This document shows, one piece after another, positions 52,380 to 64,000 of a stretch of DNA of 64,000 nt. Location: assembly GCA_965153455.1 (NCBI GenBank), contig OZ234494.1, forward strand, positions 7,316,001-7,380,000, in the 5' to 3' direction. Every line of letters starts with the position of its first letter. Positions within the stretch are counted from its first letter, which is position 1. Made by a program: the position numbers and the translations under genes. The notes beneath the pieces are model-generated. The model searched no databases, was not told the origin of the DNA, and saw only the letters and a program-made list of their open reading frames with translations. The DNA is from Sphagnum compactum. Its lineage: Eukaryota.

Positions 52380-52810
52380 CTCGTAAAGTGATGATCACGT
52401 ATTTTTCTCTCATATTAATGTGGGAAGTTTAGATTTTTTTTTCATAATCTTGTGTTGATTTTTTTTCATAATGTAAGAAGTTCAAATTTTGTTTTTCATA
52501 ATGTTCTAACAAATTTTCCCCCTTTCGTAATGTGAGAAGTTCAAAAAAGAATTATAAAGTTATGACAAATTTGTCTCCACTCGTAATGTGAGAAGTTCAT
52601 ATTTTTTTCCCATAATGTTGTGATGATTTTTTCCTAGCCCCTCATAATGTGGGAAGTTCATTTTTTTATAATGTTGGGACGATTCTCCCCCTTCATAATG
52701 TGGGAAATCCAAAAAAAAATTCATAAGGTTATGGTTATATTTTCCTTTGCTCATAATGTTGGAAGTTCAGATTTAGATTTCCCCCACCCCCCATAATGTT
52801 GTGGCAATTA
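52380..52810. repeat. Degenerate tandem array of CATAATGT(G/T)...AAGTTC motifs
   Basis: More than ten recurrences of a (C/T)(A/G)TAATGT core, often followed by GAGAAGTTC or GGGAAGTTC. Confidence 0.75.
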
Positions 52811-53018
52811 TCATATGCACATAAACCATTCATTATGAAATCAAATTCCTTGAACTATGTGAGTCCAAGTTACAAATTCACTCACAAAAACACACCCAAA
52901 ATAAAACATAACATTAAACCACACCTTCTATTCACTAAATGCAATTTGGAATTTCATAACATGAAACATAAGGCTCCCATATGATGAATTATGTAAACAT
53001 AAAATAGTTAAAACCTTG

Positions 53019-53250
53019 TCCGTTTATTAAGGATGATAATTTGTTTTGTTTTTTCACGTTGAAATTTGTCAAACATGACACACTTTATTGTGTTCTTGGT
53101 ACCATTGGAAAGCCCTTGAGAGGGTTGCACTAAGGTGGCTTCTTAATGTTTACACCTAATGTGCAAGAGATATTAAGTTTTGAGTCATGTTTGTCATTGA
53201 ATAAAATTTGATATTTATAGGGCGTTCATACTTATTGTTGGAAACCTTTA
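53019..53250 (+). mobile_element. Diverged fragment related to the 5' end of the Helitron at 29108-29552
   Basis: TTTGTTTTGTTTT..TTGTGTTCTTGGTACCATTGGAAAGCCCTTGAGAGGGTTGCA aligns by eye with the reverse complement of 29400-29552. Confidence 0.5.
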
Positions 53251-54022
53251 AAAATGAATAAGGTTGCTTGGAAATGATTTTGTAATTTTTAGACTTAAGG
53301 TCCAAAAGATATTGTACCCATAGGGTTACTTTGTCATAAAATAATGACAAAGTAATCATTATTTCAACAATGATTTTTGGGAAAAAATTTCATCATTATT
53401 GTTGAAATAATGTTAAAATATTTTTTTAAATTATTTTTAATTATTTACACCACGAGTGCAATATAACAAAAAAAATTGAGTTATTTTTATTGGAAATTTA
53501 TTGAAACTAAAATACGAATAAAAATGAATGAAAATTGCATACGTTAAGGTGTGTACCGTTTGCCCTTTCAAAACTCATCAATCTTACAATATGTTGTTCA
53601 ACAACACATAAAAAAACATTTCTTCAAAAAACAAATCCTCATTGTTTTGGCAAATATATATATATATAAAATACCAAGTATGTATGTGCTACAAAATGTT
53701 TTTGTTTAATTATTTTTTTTAGGTTACCAAGATGTGAAAATTTGTCCCCAAAAAAATCGATAATTGTATTATGGGGAACGTTAGTCACAAGTACAATATG
53801 TAACATAATCAAACTTGGGCTTTGCATTGTTGCACACTAGAGTGATGATCAATTGATCAATGGATGAACTTTTTTTTTGATTTTGTGGAGATTAAGTTAC
53901 ATTCAAAATGAAAAAAAAGGAATGATATTGCATGCAAATTCAATTGAATTTTGAATTTATAAGTTGAATTGATTTAAATTCAAATTCTTAAATTTAATTC
54001 AAATACATTGAATTGAAGTCGA

Positions 54023-54635
54023 GAGAGATTTTGGTGTGCTTTCAGCCCTCAAAGTGAGTGTTCTCATCCATCCATCCATTGAGATCCAGGTCTAGAGATT
54101 CATATGCTTTCATCCCTCAAAGCGCGATGGTTTTCATCCATCCATCCATTAAGCTCACGTTCAAGAGATTCATATGCTTTCATCCTTCAAAGTGAATGTT
54201 CTACATCCATCCATCCATCCACCAAGGTTGAGAGATTCATGTGCTTTCATCACTCAAAGTGAGTGTCCTCATCCATCCATCCATTGAGGTTGAGAGATTC
54301 ATGGGCTTTCATACTTCAAAGGGAGTGTTCTCATCCATCCATCCATTGAGGTCGAGAGATTCATGTGCTTTCATTCCTCAAAGGGAGTGTTCTCATCCAT
54401 CCATCCATTAAGGTTGAGAGATTCATGTGCTTTCATCCCTCAGGGTGAGTGCTCTCATCCATCCATCCACTAAGGTTGATGTCAAGAGATTCATGTGCTT
54501 TCATCCCTCAAAGTGAGTGTTCTCACCCATCCATCCACTGAGGTCCAGGTAAAGAGATTCATGTGCTTTTCATCCCTCAAGGTGAATGTTTTCATTCATC
54601 CATCCGTCCATTCATCCACAGAGGTCGAGGGTCGA
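54023..54635. repeat. ~62-70-bp minisatellite, 9 copies, directly upstream of VHA-H
   Basis: Consensus GAGATTCATGTGCTTTCATCCCTCAAAGTGAGTGTTCTCATCCATCCATCCATTGAGGTTGA. Confidence 0.95.
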
Positions 54636-54948
54636 GGACCCCACCACCAAAGCCGTGGCGACGCGCTCTCTCCGTGGCGCTCCTCTCATTGCCTTTCTCG
54701 CCTCTCGTAGGGACTCTTCCCTATATTTTCCCTTCTCTCTTCTTCTCTCATCACCAGATCTGCCATGTGCCTGCTGCGATTGCACAGACCGAGGTTTCTC
54801 ACACTTCCTAACTTGCGCTCCTTTTGAATGGCTCGCAAATTCCGATTTTGAAGCCAAAGAAGAAGGAACAAGGGAGAAGAAAGAAGAAGAAGAAGGGACG
54901 GGAGTTGGAGCGTGGGGAACAACAGTCTATTCCAAACGTTTGGCTGCG

Positions 54949-57900
54949 ATGGAATCCCCGGAACTCACAAGAGAGGAGGTATGTCTCTGAAGCTTCATTT
55001 GGTTTATTATAGTCAGGGGGCCTACGTGGTTTGCAGTCATCAGTGTGAGGGTTTGGTTTTTGGTGAGATGGATAAAGCTTTTACTTGCACACACACACAC
55101 ACACACACAGAGCGAGAGAGAGATCTTCTCAGCCTCCTTGGATGTGTGATCCACTAAAAGCTTTATTGATCATCATGGCAAGCTTTTTGTTTAATGTGAG
55201 ATCTTCCTGTCAAGGTTTTATGATGATCAAGGTGATGAGAAATAAAAGCTTTGGTAATCAGATTTTACTTCCTGAATGTGTTTTAGTTCCGAATTCGGAT
55301 GGGATGTTTTGGAAAAGATCCATGATCTTGTCGTCAGAGGGCCAGGGTTAAGGAGGAGTGCTTTTCCTTAGTGAGAGGTATGTTGGTGGTGATGACAAGA
55401 GCTGAGAACTTGGGTAAGAGTGGCTATTATTGGGGATGTGAAGGTGCTGAAGAGGGACATTCCATGGGAGACATACATGACAGCCAAACTTATAAACAGC
55501 AGAGGTTTGCAATTGCTGCGGCGCTATGATCATCGGCCTGACAGTGTGCAAGCTTCACTGCTTGATGAGGTCAATTGTGGTTCCAAACCTCCACTTTCCA
55601 GATACTTCCCTGTAGATTTGATGTGGACTTTTGGTTGTCACATCTGAATTTAGGGTTGAAATGAGCATTGTCGTCATGTGCTTGATATTTTCTGTTAAGA
55701 GTGAGAGACCATGCTGATGACGGGCAATGTGGATAATGAGGTGCAGGATGGTGTTGCTTATGTCAGTGTTTTTGTTGGTATTTTGCGTGACATCTCAAAG
55801 CAAGAGACAGTGGAGTACATGCTAGCTATGATTGATGACATGCTCATTGGTATTGCACCCCCTCCCTGAAAGCCTTTGAAGCTTTGTAAACCCTAAGCCT
55901 GAGGAGATAGAAAATGGCTAGCTGCAGAGTTGCCAGAATCAACAAACTTTCAATAGTGCACAGAGAGGGAGAGAGATGCACACAAACAGACAGAGAAGTT
56001 TTGACAGCTCAAATTCTTTGAATTTGTGACAGCTAATCCAAAACGTGCGCGCTTATTTCACAACAAGGCATTTGCTAATGAGGACATCTACCGCCCTTTC
56101 TTGAAGTCTGTACCATACCTTCCTGTTTTAGAACCATTGAACAAGGGGTTGTTTTGTGACATTTTTAGTCAATTACTGTTTTGAGGATTCAAGATTGTTT
56201 GTTGTCCTAGTTGCCTTTGATACTATGTGTACTGATTGTTCAATGATGGAATGGCCAGGCTATTGCAAAAGAAAAATTGGTTCATTCAAGAGAAGAGTTG
56301 CAAGATCCTCACATTGGTGATAAGGTAAGAGGTTCTTGCTGTCTACTATGATTGTCCTTGCAGTTGTCAGCATCTTTTAGTGGGATTTATAACAGAGCTT
56401 GGGTCTACGGTTAGGGTGTTGCAGTGCACGTCCAAATGATGAGGGAGAGAATGATGAAACAGCTGATTCTTTCAGTGACATACTTCGCAGCCTTGTTGAT
56501 TGGCTTATCTCTCAGGTAACACCTGATGGAGAGGAATATTTTATGATGTAATTCAGAAGCTCGAGGGAATTAGTATTCTTGATTTGTTTTGGATACCTTT
56601 CAATCTGCATTCTGCATGATGCTCTGGATCATTATCTTACAATTCAGAAATCTTGAGATCTACATCTGAAATCCAGAACATGAGATGTTGTTTCTTGCCC
56701 AAGTTTGGGTCACATCAAGTTTACTTTCCAAGTTCATGTTGTAAAATGGGGCACCATTGCAAATGCTGAACCAATGCAATGGTGCTGGTAAAGATATAAG
56801 AAATGTTCTAAGTTAACAATGTTGGGCTTTGAGATTTCCTACTTCTTCCTGAGCTTTTGGTTTCTCTATGCAGTTAAGAACCCCATCTCATCCTACACGG
56901 GGAATTCCCATGGCTGTAAGTTCACTTGCAACACTTTTACGCCTCTCAAAGGTGAGGGCTATGTTTGTAAGGGCTGATGGCATCAGACTTCTCGCTCCTT
57001 TGATCACCCCTGCTGTTACTCAGCAGCACATTCAGGTTTGTTGTCCAAGCCTTTTGTCAGTTACATCTTATTGCAATATTAATTTGACATTAAGCTCCTC
57101 CAGTTTGTTCACAATACGTATGCTTCATTCTTTTTGGAATTGTGATTACATGCACAGCTTCTGCATTTGAAAGTATAGTCTTGGTGGCATTTCCCTTTCA
57201 TCCTGCACATGCTTTAGGCATTGGAAAATTGATTTCAAGCTTTGTTGGAGAAAATTTGCTAGATGGTTTTTAAACATGTTCACTTTGAAAGTTATCTGAA
57301 ATGGTGAGGGATTCTAAAATAGAAATGTCTGTAAACAGCTGCTGTATGAGGCATCATTATGCCTTTGGCTTCTGTCATTTCATGAGGCTGCAATTGATGC
57401 CTTTTCCACCTCTCGAGTTGTTCCTCGTCTTGTAGAAGTTGTGAAAACTTCAACCAAAGAGAAGGTATGTACTTTGAATTTTTGCATTGATTGTTGTTTC
57501 TATCTCTGGTGTTCCTTTGCACTATACTCCTGATTTGCAATCCCCCAGCATGATGCCACTTGTTTCATGTTTATTACACAAGCTATGCTTATGATGTGAT
57601 AACATTTTGAAAATTGGGGAGTAGTGAAATGCCTTTTCAGGCTCAAGAATCTGTCTGTGTTCTTAATGTTTTCCAGTGGGTCTAGCAGATGTTCTGCATC
57701 CAAGTTATCACCAGTGTTTTGCTTAAAGGATATGTCCAGGGTGCCAGAGGCCCCAACCACTACCTTATGTAGGCCTATCTATCCGTATTTTTAGATGCTT
57801 GCTTGTACAAGGACAAGCTAGAATGAATTGAAACTTACCCTCACAAGCTTGTTGCAACTTGAACAAGGATACTATTGACAATTTTTATTAGATATGTGGC

Positions 57901-59546
57901 TAGCCACCATCAATGACTGAGTGTCACTGTTGATTTTTGATCACAGATGTTTCAATAATGTTTTTTATATTTGTGTGCTTGAAATTTTGGGTAGACTAGT
58001 ACATATTTATCTACACACACTGCCAGGAGCTGATGTTAGTTGGGAGTCATGGCAGCTTGTCAGTGCTATCCATGATGAAGCAGATGGTCTGACACTTTGT
58101 GAGTGACAGTCACAAGGTTATGGTGGCACTCATTGTTGTGTCATCTTCAAAGGGCTGTTGTGGAGTTTTGTGTGCAATCTCATAGATATATGTTATCTGC
58201 ATTCAGCTGTTTGTGAATGAGGGCCCTTACCATTTATCTGAAAGCAGCTAGTTCTCATAGGGTTCTCTCCTGGTACAACTGTAATCAGTTTATCATTAAG
58301 AGGAGAAGGTTAGAGGGTGGCATAGAATGCTGCAAAGTTGCAAATGCAGATATTACCCTGATAGGGTTTTGAGTTGAAAAGTGCAGGTGGCACGAGTTGG
58401 AGTTTTAACATTCTGCAATCTTTCCAATAAACCAAACCTTGCGGCTGAAATGGTGGACCTTGGAATGCTGAAAGTTGTGCAAAGCTTGAAGCTGCAGGCT
58501 TGGAATGATGAGGTAAATATTTCTTTGTCGCTTTGTTTAAGCTTTTTGACAAGTTTTGACAAATATTACTTCAGTCCCATCTCTTTAAGAGGGTCTATTG
58601 AACAGCTGTATACTTTGGAGAATATATTGGGTATTCTGGTTTTTGTCTTAAGAAATCACCGAACTGAAATAATATCTTCTTCCAAGGGTACTGGCAAGAA
58701 ATCTTGTTTTATTTTGCACCAAGATCTGTGAATTGTGTACAAAACCAATCTGTATCAACCAGAGCAAATAGTCATGGCAACTTCAGAGCATTGGCTCACT
58801 CACTACCAAACAGATTTCACTGCAGGGTGGATAGATGAGTGGGAAAGCCATATATATGATTTTAGTCAGGTTCGTCTTGACTTCTCTTAAGATCAACCCT
58901 CTGGGGTGGACTTTGAAGAGGGTTGATGATTGCTGCAGGATTTCATCCAGGCACTGGACATTGTTGATGTGGCAATGAAGGACAGTATTCGCAAGCTAAG
59001 CTCATTTGACAGGTACAAAGGAGAGGTTTTGTCAGGAAATCTGGACTGGACACCTATGCACAAGGACCCAGTCTTTTGGCGTGACAACATCACCAAGTTT
59101 GCAGACAATGATTTTCAGGTTAATTTTACACTCAGCTTGTTTTACAAACTGTATTTTCTTAATGGGATTCTAGTCTGCAGGCACAGACAAGGTCATCTGA
59201 CAGTCAACATTGTGGAGTGCTTGGACATCAGACAACCGAACTTGAATCCCATCAAGGCAGTTTGTTATAACTGATATGGCGTTTGCAAAAATATTTACAG
59301 GTATTACGAGTTCTGATAACAATTGTGGATAACTCACGGGACACAAGAACCCTGGCTGTGGCATGCCATGACATTACCCAGTTCATCGAGTACCATCCTG
59401 CTGGCCGTGGCATTATCCTTGACCTTAAGGCCAAGGAGCGAGTTATGAAGCACATGGCACACCCTAACCCAGAAGTTTCAAAACAGGCCCTATTGTGTAT
59501 CCAAAAAATCCTTCTCAGCGCCAAATATGCAAGCTACATCCAGTAG
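54949..59546 (+). CDS. VHA-H: V-type proton ATPase subunit H, 442 aa
   Basis: Exons 54949-54978, 55444-55569, 55747-55849, 56033-56105, 56259-56324, 56425-56515, 56874-57035, 57339-57464, 58387-58512, 58939-59118, 59301-59546 (1329 nt in frame). Motifs [52 protein letters not shown] and ALLCIQK. Confidence 0.97.
55088..55121. repeat. (CA)n followed by (GA)n microsatellite in VHA-H intron 1
   Basis: Direct reading of the sequence. Confidence 0.85.
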
Positions 59547-60870
59547 TTGGCTTTCCAGCCAGCCAGCCTGCTTACAGAAAGCCTCGATTTTTCCCCATGT
59601 TGTATTTCTCCTTTGTTGCTGTCTTGCTGCCTTCTCTTTCACACCTTAATTTCCTCTCCAGAGTTGATCTCCTCTTTGTCTCTCCTTTGTTTCCTTCATC
59701 ACAAGAACTTGACATTCTGACTTGTAACTTTCTCCTCCATTTCTTGACTAAAGCTTGCCTTAATTTCCTCCCTCAGCAACTGAGTGTGTTATTGAGGGCT
59801 TTCAGGTCAGCGCCGGGGTATATATGTTTGTGCTCATGGGCTAGTTTGTAGTTCTCTATGTAAGCTAATTGTTGTCTAAAAGTATGCAGATGCTTTAGTT
59901 CCAACTACATAATTTGAGTTTCCTGGTAGTTCTCATGATTTGTTTGAGTGAAGTGGTGTACAAGTTTCAGGGTTGAACTCCACTAATCAAAAACTGGCAG
60001 ACTGAATTTAGGGTATGTCTGAATATTTCACCGAATGGTATTGTCATTCTAGCCTGTAAGTTTGGTCTATAGTCCAGGTTGAAATCACTAGTCTTGAGTG
60101 GAAATCAATCAGCTCTAGATTTCCACCCAAAACTATGTACCTCACTTACAGGTGTTAAACTCAGGTCAAATGAAAGATAGTGATGAGAGAAACAGCAGGT
60201 TGTGAAGAAGATGATGAGGTAATAGCCTGTGCAGAGAAGAATAGTTAACATGTTCAAGATGTGCATTGCATGTAGTATGAGGGCATGCATGTTGGGCCAG
60301 AGTAGGTTTAGGGTTTAGACTGAACTGTGTCATTGGTTACTGGTGAGGATGCTAGAAAAATTCAACCCAGAGCCAGAGGCAGACCTAGCAACCACGATTC
60401 TTGTTCACTCCCGTCTGCTTATGTCATGTGACAGAACACATTTTCTTCCTTGCTGCCTATGATGGTTGTGGAAATGCTAGTTGTTGCAGAATCTGCAATT
60501 CTCTCATGCTCTTTATTCAACATCTGCACCCACAAAGTTACATAAGGCCCACTTCAGCTTCTGCTTTCTTTGCAAATGACTTGTATAAATTAGAGCCTCC
60601 AATGCCTTCCCAATCATCAGTCTTGTAAGAAGAGATTGTGTCAACACAAATGATATCTTCAAGTGACTTTCTTGTGTCAAGAATTTATCTGCAAAGGATT
60701 TGACAAGCTTGTCATGTACATTGAGATTGCTAAAACATATCCTTCTGAGGAACGAAGAAACCACCTAGTTGATCCTCTATCACAAGAAGTCATTGGATCC
60801 TCCTCCTTTGCATTTCATTCCATTGGTTTTCAACCAGTGGCAGGAAACCTCATGGAGCATATGAAGCTTG

Positions 60871-60989
60871 CAGAGCCATTTTATATATCTCCTCATGTTG
60901 CTTGCTGCAATTCACAAAAGTAGAGCCATGTGTACATCTCCTCATGAACCTTGCTGCAGTTCACAAAAGCAGAACCATGTTGTGCATCT
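60871..60989. repeat. ~49-bp tandem duplication (about 2.4 copies)
   Basis: AGAGCCAT..ATCTCCTCATG..CTTGCTGCARTTCACAAAAG is repeated. Confidence 0.75.
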
Positions 60990-62235
60990 TAGGGTCAGGA
61001 AGCTTGCTGCAAATTTGTAAAATCAGATCCATTCATGATTGGGTACTGGACAGGTTCTGAACTCAAAGCATTCCTTTTCTTAATCTTCACTGTATATAGA
61101 TTTCCATTGCAGTTGATGGGAGCCTCTGTACTTCTATTTTGTACATTCAAACTAGAACTTTTGTGCAGATGAATTCTGACAAAGACCATTGACATTGCAT
61201 GCTTCAGATGAGTGTATACATGAGCGATGGATGCCAGGTTGCTCCAATCTATTGACAAATGCTCCATATGACTTGCTGCTTGGAAACTCTAATGTCTGCT
61301 AACAGGTTGGAGAACAAGAGGAAATGTCAATGCATTACTGTCTGACAAGCACACTTCAGCTTTCTTGCTTGCTCTCAGAACAGCTGACCACACTCCTGGT
61401 TCCTTCGGTTTTTGCGGCTCCATCACCTGCCAGGTTCTGTTTGCTATCCTGCAGCAGTGCTCTGTATAACACAACATTAACAAAAAAAAACAATACTCTT
61501 CTGAATTTCAGATCAGGCATTGTGGTTTATTATACAAATTTATCCAGAATTGCATTTCAATTGCAGTTTGTTGGCTTCAGAAATGATACATCTGTGGAAC
61601 CTTGACAGATCCTTGACAGGACCTTTGCAACATTATCATGGTGCTCAGTGAGATGAGACTGAACCTATGAAACCACCAATCAACGAACTTACCAACCAAT
61701 GAAGTTACATTGTGGTAAGAGCAGGACTTAGAATATGTTGCAGTGGCATTGGCAAGACTTTGGTCATAAGACTGACAATCCAACCAGTGGAATTTGGAAT
61801 TTCCAGAATCACATTACTCACATGCAAGAAACAGGAAAGCATTGGAGCTTTGAAGATGGGTCAAATTTGAAACGCAGGTTCACACTTTCCCATAGGTGAA
61901 AGAGGGTTTCATATGAGGGAAATGTAAGTATCAGCTTCATGCATCAGCTAAAACTGGCAGATTTGGTGAATCGTTCTGGCAGTTGATTGTTCACAAGTTG
62001 CAACATCTTCAAGTCTCCTATGGTAAGCTGTCTTCAAGCAGCAGAGTTAATCAAAGCGTACCTGCAGTGTTAGTACCAATCTTCTTCATCAACCATGAAT
62101 GGCTTCTAACAGTCTCCACACAAATGGAAAGGATCTGAAAAATTTTACTAACTGTCAAAACCAGGTTTTGTCAACAATGATGATGAAAAGGGAATACAAT
62201 TAATGATATGCACAATTTGCTATATTACTGATCAT

Positions 62236-63838
62236 TCAGTTTTGTGCAGTTTCTGGGATTGTGCTCCTGGCAGTCAGATCTCGACCTTCACTAATCAAGA
62301 TGTCAATGTCTTTCCCAGGGGCCTCCTCCTCAAAACGCTTGTGAGCTGCAAAGCAGAACTCCAAATATCACCCACACTGGGAAATACCACTCAACCCAAC
62401 CCTCACACTGGCCATCAACTTGACTTGACAACCCACTTAGGTGTGTTTCAACATTGTATAGATCGACTGATGGAATACACTCAATCCTGTCCGCGTAAGA
62501 AATATCCTGAGGGAAATACTATGTGAGGGTGAGGTCATGAGACTCTCTAGGATGAAACATCAGTCAGACACACCCCTGAGTTGTCAGACGCACACCTGAG
62601 TTTCTATCACATTTCCAGAAGCAGCAGGAAGACTGAATCCTGATGTTGGCTAGCACTCAAAAGACATATGCTAATTGTTGTAATATCATAATCTACCTGT
62701 GGGATGGAAGGATTAGACAGGTCGTCAAGCTGATTTCTAATGTAAGTGGTGGCTATTGTTGTACCTGCAGTGAAACGTGGTAAAATCACATCGATGAGAG
62801 AGGCTGGAAGTTCATAGTCTTTGCAAATGCCATTCTCCAATTTGCTGAGCAGTTCCATCTTAAAATGGCGAGCCTACCATCCACCCATTGATGATTCATA
62901 GATCAAGCACACTTTTTGTTCACGACTGAAGGATAGACCAAAATAACAATCAAATGTCCTATCTTGGTTGCAAGAACCTCCCAAACATTCAAGGACTACT
63001 AGGGTCCCAGTTCAAGGAAAACAGACCTCCTTTCTGACCATGAGAGTGAAAGCACGACCTGCCTGCCCTGCTCTTGCAGTGCGACCCACACGGTGAACAT
63101 AGGTTTTCACATAAACAGGAACATCATAATTCACAACATTGGCAATGCCTTCAACATCCATGCCCCGGGTAAGTGCATCGGATGCAACCATTACATGCAC
63201 TGTTCCTCTCCTGAATTCTTCTAACGCCTTCCTGCCAAGTAGCCCACATTTTAATGAATGGTTTCTTGCTGATAGTGGTTGGTGTTTATTTGAAACAAAA
63301 CAGACCTAACACATACTTGAACTTTTTCTCACTAACCTCCGAACAGTCTCACTCCCCTTGCTTGAATATTCTGCCACCACATGTGCTTCATCATTGTAGA
63401 AGCATCTCAGAAGAAGAAATAGCCTGTGAGTGGCCTCAACTGATGCTGTGAAGACAATGGTCCGCTGATCTCTAAACTGCTGCAAAAGTGCCACAAGAAA
63501 CAAAAGCTTTTCCCTTGCCCTACACACCTGCAAGAGTAGCAAACCCCAAGAATCAAGGGTGTATATGAATTCAAAGAGGGATCCTGAAACCATAGATCAG
63601 TTCAAAGCACATTTGATAACTCACAAGCAAGCGTTCAGATTACATTGTCCTTACCAGTCTGAAGGTTTGAAGACCTTTGGGTAGCTGATAACGGTTTTCA
63701 TCTGCACTTGGAGCTATGTAGGTAGGGCAGTAAAGGTCAAGCTGAGCAATTTTAGCAGGGTGCCGAGTCAATGTTGCAGACAACACCATCTTCAAAACCC
63801 TTGGGTGCACCCTTCCTTTCATCCCTCGCTCCAAGCAC
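62236..63838 (-). CDS. RH1: DEAD-box RNA helicase, RH1/DDX51/Dbp6 type, 3' portion (gene continues past the window end)
   Basis: Exons 63655-63838, 63337-63527, 63027-63231, 62765-62873 and 62236-62345 join in frame to a TGA. Motif III KMVLSATLT..PAKIAQLDL, motif IV TIVFTAS, motif V ASDALTRGMDV, motif VI YVHRVGRTARAG. Confidence 0.9.
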
Positions 63839-64000
63839 CTGCCACAAGGTTGGAACACGTGGTTAAGAATATACAAAAAAGGGTTAGGGTAGTACTTTTG
63901 AGAACCACCTGGGATGATGACAGTCAATAGACCAAAATCATTGTTCAAGAAAGTTCCAATACTAATTGGAGACTTGAATCTTCATCATTTGTAAAGAGTT

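Noticed and set aside
61289..61483. Peptide MEPQKPKEPGVWSAVLRA resembling a PPR E-motif
   Set aside because: It is too short and there are no PPR repeats nearby. It is likely chance or a tiny fragment.
3917..63838. Functional gene cluster
   Set aside because: The genes are unrelated housekeeping or signalling genes with no shared pathway.

Overview
Eukaryotic nuclear DNA from a land plant. The intron-rich genes and repeat types suggest a bryophyte such as a moss; this is inferred, not verified. I reconstructed six complete intron-containing genes from GT..AG sites and frame continuity: cytosolic glucose-6-phosphate dehydrogenase (-, 15 coding exons, 531 aa), G-protein beta subunit (-, 6 exons, 380 aa), an uncharacterised small single-TM protein (+, 2 exons, ~142 aa), CNX3/MoaC (-, 2 exons, 281 aa), a METTL13 C-terminal-domain-like SAM methyltransferase head-to-head with CNX3 (+, 2 exons, ~695 aa), and V-ATPase subunit H (+, 11 exons, 442 aa). 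The 3' part of an RH1/DDX51-type DEAD-box helicase (-) runs off the right edge. The intergenic DNA is mostly decayed mobile elements: a Ty1/copia relic, a solo LTR with a 5-bp TSD inserted in one arm of a long inverted repeat, a Tourist-like MITE and a non-autonomous Helitron upstream of the G-beta gene, CACTA-like termini, a CRE-like non-LTR retrotransposon fragment with a restriction-like endonuclease, and a possible 4.1-kb TAA-flanked PIF/Harbinger-like element with unidentified cargo. Several minisatellites are present, two of them beside promoter-like sequence. I found no CRISPR array, rRNA, tRNA or clearly new biological system. The best leads are the 4.1-kb element, the CRE-like retroelement and the Cys-rich insertions in the methyltransferase.
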